NCBI GenBank assembly: GCA_017471045.1
Contig: JAFUWZ010000051.1
Span: 23,798-87,797 of the forward strand
Origin: Bacteroidales bacterium
Lineage (GTDB): Bacteria; Bacteroidota; Bacteroidia; Bacteroidales; UBA932
DNA length: 64,000 nt
Direction: 5' to 3'
Shown one piece after another: positions 47,430 to 57,585 of the stretch (positions are counted from its first letter, which is position 1; each line of letters starts with the position of its first letter). The notes beneath the pieces were generated by a model. That model saw nothing but the letters and a program-made list of their open reading frames with translations. It was not told the origin of the DNA and ran no database searches. Position numbers and translations under genes: made by a program.

Positions 47430-50400
47430 ATGGACAGATTGCAACCCGTCAAACGGTCATTTGTCTTTCGCCTCCTGCTCATCTTCTCCCTGGTTCTGCC
47501 AGGCCTGACCCTGTCAGCCCAATCTGTCCGCAAGGTGACCGGAAAGGTCACCTATGCGGAGGACGGGCAGCCCATCATCGGAGCGGCTGTATTGGTAGAT
47601 GGGCATGAGCAGCTCGTGACAGTGACGGACTTGGACGGGAACTTCACCCTGGAAGGCGTTCCCGAGCAGGCAAAGACACTGACCATAAGCTACCTGGGTG
47701 TCAAGGACAAGACCCTCCCCATCTCCGATAAGCCGATGGACATCCGGATGGAGAGCGAAGCGCAGCAACTGGAAGGAGTCATCGTGACCGGCATGCAGAA
47801 AGTAGACCGGAGACTCTTCACCGGCGCAGCCACGAAAGTGGAGGCTTCGGAAGCGAAACTGGACGGCATGGCAGACGTCAGCCGCTCCCTGGAGGGGCGG
47901 GTCGCCGGTGTCTCCGTCCAGAACGTTTCCGGCACTTTCGGAACGGCTCCTAAAATCCGTGTCCGCGGTGCCACCTCCATCTATGGATCCTCCAAGCCGC
48001 TCTGGGTCGTGGACGGCGTCATCATGGAAGACGTCGTGGAAGTCAGCGCGGACCAGCTCTCATCGGGCGATGCCAACACGCTGATTTCCTCAGCCATTGC
48101 AGGGCTCAACTCCGATGATATCGAGTCTTTCGACATCCTCAAGGACGGATCCGCCACCTCGATCTACGGTGCCCGGGCCATGGCCGGCGTCATTGTCGTC
48201 ACCACCAAGCGGGGCAAGGCCGGATCGGCCCAAGTCGGCTACACAGGAGAATACTCCGTACGCCTGAAACCCTCCTACCGCACATTCAACATCCTTTCTT
48301 CCCAGGACCAGATCGCCATCTACCAGGAATTGGATCAGAAAGGCTATCTGAACTACGCGGAGACATCCAATGCCGCCGATTCCGGTGTCTATGGCAAAAT
48401 GTACCAGCTGCTGACCCAATACGATCCGGCCAACAAGACTTTTGCCCTGGACAATACCCCGCAGGCCAAAGCGGCGTATCTGCGCGCGGCCGAATACCGC
48501 AACACCGACTGGTTCGACCGCCTCTTCCGCCACTCCCTGCAGCACAATCATTCCGTCAGCGTATCCGGCGGTACCGAGAAGGCGACCTACTACACCTCCC
48601 TGTCCGTGATGGACGACCCGGGGTGGACCTTGCAAAGCCGGGTCAACCGCTATACGGCCAACATGAACACGTCCGTCAAGATCTCCCCCGCGCTGACCCT
48701 CACCGTGATCAGCAATGCCGCCTACCGGCGCCAACGGGCACCCGGTACACTTTCGGGCAACATCGATGCCGTATCCGGCGAGGTCACCCGCTCGTTCGAC
48801 ATTAACCCCTACTCCTTTGCCCTCAACACGTCCCGAACCTTGGATCCTGACGAGTTCTACACCCGTAATTTCGCTCCATTCAATATCTTCCATGAACTGG
48901 ACAACAACTACATAGACCTCAGCGTCGTTGATCTCAGGTTCCAGGGAGAATTGAAGTATAAACCGACCGCTCACCTAGAACTGAGCGGCCTGGGAGCCAT
49001 CAAACACTCCTCCACCTCGCAGGCGCATCACATCCTGGACGATTCCAACCAGGCGCAGGCGTACCGGGCCATGGGGACGTCCACGATCCGCAGCATCAAC
49101 AGCTACTTGTATACGGACCCGGACAATCCGTATGCCCTGCCGGTATCGGTCCTGCCCAACGGCGGTATCTATGAGCGGACCAACAACGCGATGTACGGTT
49201 ACGACTTGCGCGCTACGGCCACCTACAGCAACACCTTCCACCGGGACCATATCATCAATCTTTATGGCGGTTCTGAAGTCAACCTGGTAGACCGGACCAG
49301 CGACTGGTTCCGGGGATGGGGTCTCCAATACTCAATGGGCGAAGTGGCCAACTATGCATATCAGGTCTTCAAGAAGAGTTCGGAGCAGAATACGCAATAT
49401 TTCACGCTAAACAACCGCTACGACCGCATCGTCGCCTTCTTCGCCAACGCGACCTACTCCTATCAAGGCCGCTACACCCTCAACGGGACCACCCGCTACG
49501 AAGGGACGAACCGCCTGGGAAAGGCCCGTTCCGCCCGGTGGCTTCCGACCTGGAATGTCGCAGCCTCCTGGAACATCCACGAAGAAGAATTCATGCGGGG
49601 TCTCTATCCTACCCTGTCCCACCTCAGCCTGAAGAGTTCCTATTCCCTGACGGCGGACCGGGGTCCGGCCAACGTGACCAATTCGTACGTCGTCATCTCC
49701 AGCGACACGCCCTGGCGTCCCTACGCCGTTGACCGGGAGAGCGAACTCTACATCGCCGATGTCGCCAACAACGACCTGACCTACGAGAAAAAGCACGAAC
49801 TGAACATCGGGCTGGAGGCCGGCCTGCTGGATAACCGGATCAACCTGGCCCTCGACTGGTACAAGCGCGACAACTTCGACCTGATCGGCATTGTCCACAC
49901 CAAAGGCCTCGGCGGACAGATTGCCAAATTCGGCAACATTGCCGCCATGCGTTCCGACGGATTTGAGGTCAGCCTTTCGACCAACAACCTCCGCAGCGAA
50001 CGGTTCAGCTGGACGACAAATCTGATCTACTCCCACTCCCACAACGTCGTGACCCGGCTCAACACGACCAAACGGGTCATTGACCTGGTCCAAGGCGGCG
50101 GTTTCGCCCAGGAAGGATACCCGGTCCGAAGCGTATTCTCCATCCCGTTCATGGGACTCAACCAGGAAGGGCTCCCCACGTTCAAAGACCAGGACGGGAA
50201 TGTTTCCGTCACCGGCGTATATTTCCAGGAGAGCGATCCGGAAGCGTTGAAGTTCCTCGAATACTCGGGTAGCGCCGATCCTACGGACGTGGGATCCCTC
50301 GGCAACATTTTTACATGGAACGGGCTCCGGCTCAACGTCTTCATCACTTATTCCCTGGGCAATGTCATCCGGCTGGACCCGGTCTTCCGGAGTAGCTACA

Positions 50401-50795
50401 ACGATTTGGACGCCATGCCCAAGGAGTTCCTGGACCGTTGGGTCCAGGCCGGAGACGAGGAAAAGACTGATGTTCCGGCCATCGCTTCGCGCATCCAGAA
50501 CAGGCGGAACACCAACCTTTCCATCGCATACAACGCCTACAACTACTCGACCGCCCGTATCGCCAGCGGCAACTTCGTGCGGATGAAGGAGTTGTCCCTC
50601 TCGTATGATCTCCCGAAGGACTGGGTCCATACAATCGGCCTGTCCACCGCTTCCCTCAAGTTGCAAGGGACCAACCTCTTCCTGATCTATGCCGATCCCA
50701 AACTGAACGGCCAGGATCCCGAGTTCTTCAATACCGGCGGTGTCGCCGTACCCGTCCCGAAACAATTCACATTGACCCTCAGGCTTGGATTGTGA
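47430..50795 (+). CDS. susC: SusC/RagA TonB-dependent transporter
   Basis: VTGKVT, VIVTGMQ, PLWVVDG, ILKDGSATSIYGARAMAGVIVVTTK, terminal LGL. Start at ATG 47430 or TTG 47424. Confidence 0.97.
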   Translation: MDRLQPVKRSFVFRLLLIFSLVLPGLTLSAQSVRKVTGKVTYAEDGQPIIGAAVLVDGHEQLVTVTDLDGNFTLEGVPEQAKTLTISYLGVKDKTLPISDKPMDIRMESEAQQLEGVIVTGMQKVDRRLFTGAATKVEASEAKLDGMADVSRSLEGRVAGVSVQNVSGTFGTAPKIRVRGATSIYGSSKPLWVVDGVIMEDVVEVSADQLSSGDANTLISSAIAGLNSDDIESFDILKDGSATSIYGARAMAGVIVVTTKRGKAGSAQVGYTGEYSVRLKPSYRTFNILSSQDQIAIYQELDQKGYLNYAETSNAADSGVYGKMYQLLTQYDPANKTFALDNTPQAKAAYLRAAEYRNTDWFDRLFRHSLQHNHSVSVSGGTEKATYYTSLSVMDDPGWTLQSRVNRYTANMNTSVKISPALTLTVISNAAYRRQRAPGTLSGNIDAVSGEVTRSFDINPYSFALNTSRTLDPDEFYTRNFAPFNIFHELDNNYIDLSVVDLRFQGELKYKPTAHLELSGLGAIKHSSTSQAHHILDDSNQAQAYRAMGTSTIRSINSYLYTDPDNPYALPVSVLPNGGIYERTNNAMYGYDLRATATYSNTFHRDHIINLYGGSEVNLVDRTSDWFRGWGLQYSMGEVANYAYQVFKKSSEQNTQYFTLNNRYDRIVAFFANATYSYQGRYTLNGTTRYEGTNRLGKARSARWLPTWNVAASWNIHEEEFMRGLYPTLSHLSLKSSYSLTADRGPANVTNSYVVISSDTPWRPYAVDRESELYIADVANNDLTYEKKHELNIGLEAGLLDNRINLALDWYKRDNFDLIGIVHTKGLGGQIAKFGNIAAMRSDGFEVSLSTNNLRSERFSWTTNLIYSHSHNVVTRLNTTKRVIDLVQGGGFAQEGYPVRSVFSIPFMGLNQEGLPTFKDQDGNVSVTGVYFQESDPEALKFLEYSGSADPTDVGSLGNIFTWNGLRLNVFITYSLGNVIRLDPVFRSSYNDLDAMPKEFLDRWVQAGDEEKTDVPAIASRIQNRRNTNLSIAYNAYNYSTARIASGNFVRMKELSLSYDLPKDWVHTIGLSTASLKLQGTNLFLIYADPKLNGQDPEFFNTGGVAVPVPKQFTLTLRLGL

Positions 50796-50796
50796 T

Positions 50797-52365
50797 ATGA
50801 AGAAACAACTGTTATCAGTTCTTACCCTCTCTGCGATCTTGTCCCTGGCGGTCTCGTGCGACCGTTTCCTGGACAAGATCCCGGACAACCGTACCGAGAT
50901 CGATACGGCGGAAAAGATGCAGAACCTGCTGGTGTCTGCCTACCCCGCGACGGACTATATGCTGCTCTGCGAGTTCATGTCAGACAATGTCGACGACTAC
51001 GGCCCGAACAACCCCTACACGGACCGGTTCATCGACCAGGTCGTCTATTGGGACGATGTGACGGAGAGCGACAACGAGGGGCCGGAGAATCTCTGGGGCA
51101 ACTCGTACGCCGCCATCGCCGCTGCCAACGAAGTGCTCGCCGGGCTGGAAAACATCGGCGGCGCCTCCACCCGGACCCTGGAACAAATCCGCGCAGAGGC
51201 CCTGCTCTGCCGGGCCTACAGCCATTTTGTCCTGGTCAACGTTTTCTGCAAGGCCTACAATCCCGAGACATCCTCTACGGACCTGGGCATCCCTTACATC
51301 GAAGTCCCCGAAACGACCCTGGATACAGATGCCGGACGCGAGACGGTCGCACAGGTTTATGACAAAATCGACCGCGACATCCAGGAAGCCCTGCCGCTCC
51401 AAGGTGATAGCTACTACTCCATCCCGAAATTCCATTTCAACCAGAAGGCCGCCTACGCCTTTGCCGCGCGCTTCTACCTGTACTGGCAGAAATGGGACAA
51501 AGCCTTGCTCTATGCGGACCGCTGCCTGGGCACGGCCCCTGAGACCCTGCTCCGGGACTGGGCGGAGATGAAAGAGATGACGCAGACCTATGCGCCCATC
51601 GTACAGCATTTTATCCAGTCTTCGCTCAACTGCAACTTGCTGCTGATGACGGCCTATTCCAAGATGGGCCTGGCCTTCGGTCCCTACTTCGCCTACTCCC
51701 GTTACGCCCATGGCAATTATCTGGCAACGACGGAAGACGGGATGGCGACCCAGATCTGGGGCAACGCCAGTTTCTATCAGGGGATGAAAGTCTATCGGGC
51801 GACCAACCTGGACAAGACGGTGTTCTGGAAACTCCCCTACCTCTTCGAGTATACGGATGCGGTGGCCGGGATCGGTTATTACAGAACGGTCTATCCGGCA
51901 TTCTGGGCGGATGAGACCCTGCTCGTCCGGGCGGAAGCCCGGGCGATGCTGGATGATTTCGACGGGTGCTGCGCCGACCTGACCCTCTGGATGCAGAACA
52001 TTGTGGATACCGACCTGGTACTGCGCCCGATGGCCGTCCGCAATTTCTTCAACACTTCCTACTGGAGCTGGGACGCTCCCACGCTCAAAAAGCATCTGCA
52101 CCCCACTTTTGACATCGGGACGGAAAACTCCCAGAAGGAAGCGCTCATCCAGTGCGTCCTCCTGTTCCGGCGGATCGAGACGCTCGGCCAGGGCCTGCGC
52201 TGGTTCGACATCAAGCGCTACGGGATCGATCTCGAGCGCCGGGTCATGAATGCCAAGGGAGAACCGGACCACGTAGCCCGGAGCCTGAACCACGACGACG
52301 AACGGACCGCTGTCCAGATCCCCCTGAAGGTCCGTGCCGCCGGCCTGAAGCCCAACCCCAGATAA
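50797..52365 (+). CDS. susD: SusD/RagB lipoprotein
   Basis: Lipobox AVSCD..LD..PDNR; RAYSHFVLVNVF, LGIPY, RIETLGQGLRWFDIKR. Confidence 0.95.
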   Translation: MKKQLLSVLTLSAILSLAVSCDRFLDKIPDNRTEIDTAEKMQNLLVSAYPATDYMLLCEFMSDNVDDYGPNNPYTDRFIDQVVYWDDVTESDNEGPENLWGNSYAAIAAANEVLAGLENIGGASTRTLEQIRAEALLCRAYSHFVLVNVFCKAYNPETSSTDLGIPYIEVPETTLDTDAGRETVAQVYDKIDRDIQEALPLQGDSYYSIPKFHFNQKAAYAFAARFYLYWQKWDKALLYADRCLGTAPETLLRDWAEMKEMTQTYAPIVQHFIQSSLNCNLLLMTAYSKMGLAFGPYFAYSRYAHGNYLATTEDGMATQIWGNASFYQGMKVYRATNLDKTVFWKLPYLFEYTDAVAGIGYYRTVYPAFWADETLLVRAEARAMLDDFDGCCADLTLWMQNIVDTDLVLRPMAVRNFFNTSYWSWDAPTLKKHLHPTFDIGTENSQKEALIQCVLLFRRIETLGQGLRWFDIKRYGIDLERRVMNAKGEPDHVARSLNHDDERTAVQIPLKVRAAGLKPNPR

Positions 52366-52379
52366 AAGATGAGTCGCAT

Positions 52380-53276
52380 ATGAGAAGAAAATATTTGATA
52401 CTGAGTCTTCTTTCATTGATCCTGGCCGCCGTGACCGCCTGCCAGGATGAGCCCCTTTCTCCGGAAAGCGTGATCACGCTGGACCGGGTTTACGAAAACG
52501 ACTTTGACAAGTGGCTCCGTGCCAACTATGTCGACCCCTACAATATCGAGTTCTGCTACAAGTACAACCTCAATGAGTCGGACATGAACTACTTCACGGT
52601 TCCTTCCGACCTGAACAGTTCCATCATGATGGCCCACCTGGTGAAGTATCTGTGCATCGAATCCTACGATGAAGTTGCCGGGGTCGATTTCACCCGGGCC
52701 TATTTCCCGAAACTGTTCTTCCTGATCGGAGAATTCGAGTACCGCAACAACGGAACGATGATCCTCGGCACGGCGGAAGGCGGCAAGAAAATCATGCTGT
52801 CCGGGATCAACTATCTCCCGCGTTTCATCCGGGATGCCGAGTACCTGAACATCCTGTACCTCCAGACCATCCACCATGAATTCACCCATATCCTGAACCA
52901 GACCAAAGATTACCCGGCGGACTACAAACAGATCACCGGCAACGGGTATGTCGCCGACCAGTGGAGCACGGCCCCCTTCGACACGACCTATCTGAAGAAT
53001 GGTTTCATTTCATCTTACGCCCAATATGCCGACTACGAAGACTTTGCCGAGATGCTGTCTTCGTTCGTCGTCCACGATGCCTCGTGGTGGGACGCCCAAC
53101 TGCAAGCGGCCGGGGCCGAAGGAGCCAAGCGGATCGGAGCCAAACTCGACATGGTCCGGACTTACATGTCCGAATCGTGGGGGATCGATATCTACGCCTT
53201 GCGGGAGACCATCCAGCGAAGGCAGCAGGATGTGACCGGCGGCCGGCTGGATTTGTTGAATCTCAGCCTAAATTGA
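52380..53276 (+). CDS. Substrate-import-associated zinc metallopeptidase lipoprotein (HExxH)
   Basis: Lipobox VTACQ; YNIEFCYK, FPKLFFLIG, GTAEGG, HHEFTHILNQ, GFISSYA, EDFAE. Confidence 0.88.
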   Translation: MRRKYLILSLLSLILAAVTACQDEPLSPESVITLDRVYENDFDKWLRANYVDPYNIEFCYKYNLNESDMNYFTVPSDLNSSIMMAHLVKYLCIESYDEVAGVDFTRAYFPKLFFLIGEFEYRNNGTMILGTAEGGKKIMLSGINYLPRFIRDAEYLNILYLQTIHHEFTHILNQTKDYPADYKQITGNGYVADQWSTAPFDTTYLKNGFISSYAQYADYEDFAEMLSSFVVHDASWWDAQLQAAGAEGAKRIGAKLDMVRTYMSESWGIDIYALRETIQRRQQDVTGGRLDLLNLSLN

Positions 53277-53283
53277 TGAACAG

Positions 53284-54570
53284 ATGAGAAAAACGATACA
53301 ACACTGCCTGCTGGTCCTCCTTTCCCTGGCACTTCTTGCATCCTGCCGGAAAGAATCCGGAAGAGTCTTCCCGGAAAGTGCCTCAAAGCGGATCAGCAAC
53401 ACACTCGCCGAAGCGGAAGAGCTGCTGACGACAGCCTCCCATGGCTGGCATCTGGTCGAGTTCGCCGGAACTTCCGAGAAAGACTACGGCGGGATGAACT
53501 TCGCCGTTTCTTTCACGAAGACCGAGGTCACCGCTTATTATGAGCGGGACACGCTCAACGCCTATACCAGCCACTACAGCCTGGTCGCCGGAGACTGCGC
53601 CATGCTGTCTTTCGACAGCTACAACCCGCACCTCCACTTGTATTCCACTCCGTCCACCACAGCCTACGAAGCCAAAGGCGGAGACTTCCAGTTCGCCATC
53701 GTCAGCCTCTCCCCCCAAGAGATCATCCTGCGGGGGATCCGGACCGGCAAGATGGCCAGGATGTTCCCGCTGGACGAACCCTGCGGGTCCTTTATCCGCC
53801 GGATTGCCCAGGCCTCCGACAGTTTTATCGTAGCATTTATCGAGGGCACGCTGGGCGGGCGACCCATCTCGGGCTCATTCGACCTGAACAACCGCCAGCT
53901 GCACCTGACGGAAGAGGGCGCCGTCCGGGATATCCCCTATGTCACGACCTTGAGCGGCATCCGTTTCTACGAACCCCTCAAGATCGGACAGAGCGAGTTC
54001 GAGACCCTGGACTTCGATCCGGCTACCTTCTCTTTCTCCTCCAACGGAGAGATCCTCCCCGTCGTCGGGAGCCTCCCGGATGACTATGTGCCCTATGACG
54101 CCTACGAAGGAAACTACGTTTTCAACTACTGGAACGACTCCGCCCTCGCGCACGTCACCCTGACGCCGGGCATCCCCAACGAGACCTATATCCTCTCGGG
54201 CATCAGCCGGAAGTATTCCCTGACCCTGACTTATGACAAGGCCAGCGGAAGCCTGTCCCTGAACTCCCAAAAGATCGGAGACGACGGGACGCGGGCCATC
54301 TGGCTCTGCGCATGGGATGCCAATGCCGGCTACCTGTCCTGGAGCAAAGACGCCGGAATGCACACGGTCTGGAACCAGGACAGTGAGCACCCGGTCTACT
54401 CTTTCGTGTCCAACGAATATGACTTCTTGCCCAATGCCAACTCCTTCATCCTGTGGCTGATCGACGAGAACAATGCTTCCGCCGGCCAGTTTGAAGGGAA
54501 CGGCTGGGATCCGTACAACCGAAGCGTGCTCCCGTTCCTGGGCAATCTTACCCGAAAGGAAAATCCATGA
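53284..54570 (+). CDS. DUF4302-like lipoprotein
   Basis: Lipobox LASC; FPESASKR, HGW, YGG.NF, LSFDSYN..LH.YSTP, GDFQF. Confidence 0.8.
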   Translation: MRKTIQHCLLVLLSLALLASCRKESGRVFPESASKRISNTLAEAEELLTTASHGWHLVEFAGTSEKDYGGMNFAVSFTKTEVTAYYERDTLNAYTSHYSLVAGDCAMLSFDSYNPHLHLYSTPSTTAYEAKGGDFQFAIVSLSPQEIILRGIRTGKMARMFPLDEPCGSFIRRIAQASDSFIVAFIEGTLGGRPISGSFDLNNRQLHLTEEGAVRDIPYVTTLSGIRFYEPLKIGQSEFETLDFDPATFSFSSNGEILPVVGSLPDDYVPYDAYEGNYVFNYWNDSALAHVTLTPGIPNETYILSGISRKYSLTLTYDKASGSLSLNSQKIGDDGTRAIWLCAWDANAGYLSWSKDAGMHTVWNQDSEHPVYSFVSNEYDFLPNANSFILWLIDENNASAGQFEGNGWDPYNRSVLPFLGNLTRKENP

Positions 54571-55637
54571 TGAAACACCCGATTCTTGATCGTGCGGCCC
54601 GTATCCTGCTGATGACAGGACTCCTCCTTGCCGCCTGCACAAACCCCGTCCCGGAAAAAGAAGCGGACCCGCTTCTGATCCGTTCCTCCCAGTTAGAGTT
54701 CTCCGCATCCGGAGGATCCGGACATGTCACGCTGGAGACCGACGAAGCCCTGGCGGCAGAATCGGACAGGGAGTGGTGCAAGACCCGCGTTTCCGGATCC
54801 ACGATCCAGCTGGAAGTCGCTCCCTGCGGAGACCTGGAAAGCCGGAATGCCAATTTGCGGATTTCAACCGACAAGCAGACCCTCAGGGTCACCGTACGCC
54901 AGGCCGGCGCCTTCATCCACATGCCCGATTGCGACACGACCTTCCTGATCGGAGACGAGTCCGTTACCCTCTCGCTCCCGGGCACTTCGGACATCGGCAT
55001 GAGCGTGAGCGGCAATGTGGACTGGATCTCCGGGACCTTTGACGGTGAACTTCTCTCCTTCTCAGCCAGCGAGAATACCTCCGGACACATCCGGGAAGGC
55101 TATGCCATCTTCCAGGCCGGGAAAACCCGGGACTCGGTACGGATCATCCAGGGAGGCATCCGGGATGTCTGCAAGCGTTACATCCTTTCTGGTCAGGACA
55201 ATTCCGGGAAAGCGACACAGGCTCAAGTCGTCCTCAGCGAAGCTTCGGACAGAGACCTGCTCCTGACTTTTCCGGATCAAGGTTGGACCTTTACGGCCAC
55301 CTTCGACCCGGCCGACCTGAGCATCCACATCCCGAACATGCAATACGGGGGTACGACCCCGGTCGGTGCCGGGCGATATCATGTATTCCTCCACCAATAC
55401 CTGTCTGAGCAGCAGCTTTTCAATTCATCCGCAGGGGGGAGCATCAGTGCGAAATTCTCCTATGACGCCGCCCGGGATAGAACCATCGCCGCATTTTATG
55501 ATGACGGTTCCTGGCCCGGTTCGGTCCCGGACGGCATCATCGTGGTTGCCTATTCCCGCAGGGATGCCTCCGGCGCCCCGGCCGGATTGAAGAGATATCC
55601 GCTGATCCTCGGCAAGCTCCGGGCGGAGACCGAATGA
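54567..55637 (+). CDS. BACON domain-containing lipoprotein
   Basis: Lipobox LLAAC; F.ASGGS..V, WCKT, V.PC.D..SR.A, VDWI, NTSGHIR.G. Confidence 0.8.
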   Translation: MMKHPILDRAARILLMTGLLLAACTNPVPEKEADPLLIRSSQLEFSASGGSGHVTLETDEALAAESDREWCKTRVSGSTIQLEVAPCGDLESRNANLRISTDKQTLRVTVRQAGAFIHMPDCDTTFLIGDESVTLSLPGTSDIGMSVSGNVDWISGTFDGELLSFSASENTSGHIREGYAIFQAGKTRDSVRIIQGGIRDVCKRYILSGQDNSGKATQAQVVLSEASDRDLLLTFPDQGWTFTATFDPADLSIHIPNMQYGGTTPVGAGRYHVFLHQYLSEQQLFNSSAGGSISAKFSYDAARDRTIAAFYDDGSWPGSVPDGIIVVAYSRRDASGAPAGLKRYPLILGKLRAETE

Positions 55638-55644
55638 GAAAGGC

Positions 55645-57582
55645 CTAACGCCGTCCCAGCCAGCGGTCGGCGAAATCCAGCATCCGCGCCCAGTCCCAGC
55701 CGGTCAGCGCGTGGGGACCCTGGCGCAGATGATAGCCCACAAGACCTCTCTGCCGGGGCTGCCAGACCGGAGGCATGTCGTCCGGCCCCAGCACCGAACC
55801 GTCCTCCGCCCGCAGACCCGGGAGCCCCAGGAATTCATAGATCCGGGCCGCCTCGGCCGCGCCGATGAATTCACCCCTGGGATCCGACCAGCGGTCCTCG
55901 CTGCCGCTCGTGACATAGACCGGACGCGGCGCCATCAGGGCGATCAGTTCGTGCTGGTCGAAAGGCAGTGCGGTCTCGTCGGCGGCATATTTCGCGAAAT
56001 TGGCGCAGTACCAGTAGTGATAGTGGCGGATCATCGTCTCCAGGCTCTCGCCGTAGCGCCGGCGCGAGATCGCAGCTCCGCAGCAGCCGGAATTGTTGGG
56101 AAAAGCCATCGCAAAGCGCGGATCTGCGACCGCTGCCCAGAGCGCCGTCTTCGCCAGGCGTGAATGGCCGGCCGTAATCACACGCTTCGCATCCACCGCC
56201 GGATCCGTCTCCAGATAGTCCAGCACGCGGCTGTAGCCCCATGCCCAGGCGCCGATGGCCCCCCACTGGTCCGGATCGGGACAAGTCTGCCCATCCCGGT
56301 AGAAAAGCGGCTGCACGCCGTTGGTGAAACCGTCGTCCCATTCCGGATCCAGATCCCCCTTGAAGAAAGTGGCCAGGCCGTACCCCCGGCTGAGCAGCAA
56401 AGCGACGGGCCAGCTCAGGGCCTCCTGTCCGCGGAAAGGCTCCTTGTAGAGCCGGTAACGGGCGATCTGCGCCGAATCGGGCAGCGACACGCCGGTATCG
56501 AAAATAATGGCCGTATTGCCATGGAAATTGGCCCCTACGACAACGGGGACGGGTCCCTCCGCCTGCCGGGGCAGATAGAGCAGCACCGTCATGTAGTGCC
56601 CGCCCGAAGCATCGAAACAAATCCGGATCTCCTTGCGTACCGCCGTGCCGCCCAGCGCGCCATCTTCCTCGGAAACAAGCTGGAAATGAAGCCCTTCCGG
56701 GCGGCCGGGCATGCGGCCGTACATCTCGCGCTCAAAGAGGGCGAGCAGTTCGGGACGCCGCCGGCCGTACCACTGGGCCGCATCCCGGACGGGAGTGCCG
56801 TCCTGCATCGTCAGGGCATCCGGCAGGGTGTAGTCCGGCACGAGGGCCTCGTCATAATTCTTGTCCAGATGGCGGAAACCGTAGTCTGTCACTTCGAAAG
56901 GATGCAGCCAGGCGGCGTGGGCGGCACCCCGCGCCAGCGCAGCCCGCTCGGCCGTCAGGCGGTCCGGTCCGTATCCGCTCCGGGTCACATCCCGACCCGT
57001 CAGGGCCTCGTACCAGGTACAGGCCGCCAGAAAGCATCCGATGCTATGGTTCAGATGGACCCCGTCGCGGGTCAGGTTGTCCCGGTCGAAAGTCGCCCGC
57101 ACATTCTGTACCGCCGTCCCGACCGGCAGCAGTTCCAGGCCGAAACGCGCCGCCGTCTCGCGGGAGCGTGCGACCAGGGCCGCATACATCCGCTGCTGGT
57201 CATAGCCGTATGCGGCGAAAGCCGGCTCGATGCACGGCTCCTTGAAGTAGTCCACGGCCCAGGCCCAGTCCTGGTGCAGCAAGAGCCGCCCGCCCCGAAC
57301 GTGGCGCCGCAGCCGGCGGAGCTGACGCCGGGCATCCGGCTTTTCGAGCAGCGCCTGCCCCAGCACGACGGCATCAAAAGCGCCGCCGGAGACCTCGGAA
57401 AGGGTCTCCGCACAATTCCAGGACAGCACGGTCCCATCCTGCGCCGTCAGTTCTGACAGATGCCGGACCAGCTCCGGATCGTCATTCGGCACGCCGACGG
57501 ACAGCACCCGCAGCGAATTTTGCGCATGGGCTGCACAGAAAAGCAGGCACCACGCCGCCCCGACGGAGAGCAGACGTTTCAT
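55645..57582 (-). CDS. Fusion: degenerate SGNH/DUF4886-like domain plus CE15 (glucuronoyl-esterase-like) alpha/beta hydrolase
   Basis: N-terminal DGVHLN..G.FLAACTWYEAL; C-terminal WGAIGAWAWGYSR..DYL, GHSRLAK, FDQHELIAL.APRP, WSDPRG, GPH. Confidence 0.8.
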   Translation of the reverse strand: MKRLLSVGAAWCLLFCAAHAQNSLRVLSVGVPNDDPELVRHLSELTAQDGTVLSWNCAETLSEVSGGAFDAVVLGQALLEKPDARRQLRRLRRHVRGGRLLLHQDWAWAVDYFKEPCIEPAFAAYGYDQQRMYAALVARSRETAARFGLELLPVGTAVQNVRATFDRDNLTRDGVHLNHSIGCFLAACTWYEALTGRDVTRSGYGPDRLTAERAALARGAAHAAWLHPFEVTDYGFRHLDKNYDEALVPDYTLPDALTMQDGTPVRDAAQWYGRRRPELLALFEREMYGRMPGRPEGLHFQLVSEEDGALGGTAVRKEIRICFDASGGHYMTVLLYLPRQAEGPVPVVVGANFHGNTAIIFDTGVSLPDSAQIARYRLYKEPFRGQEALSWPVALLLSRGYGLATFFKGDLDPEWDDGFTNGVQPLFYRDGQTCPDPDQWGAIGAWAWGYSRVLDYLETDPAVDAKRVITAGHSRLAKTALWAAVADPRFAMAFPNNSGCCGAAISRRRYGESLETMIRHYHYWYCANFAKYAADETALPFDQHELIALMAPRPVYVTSGSEDRWSDPRGEFIGAAEAARIYEFLGLPGLRAEDGSVLGPDDMPPVWQPRQRGLVGYHLRQGPHALTGWDWARMLDFADRWLGRR

Positions 57583-57585
57583 CCC

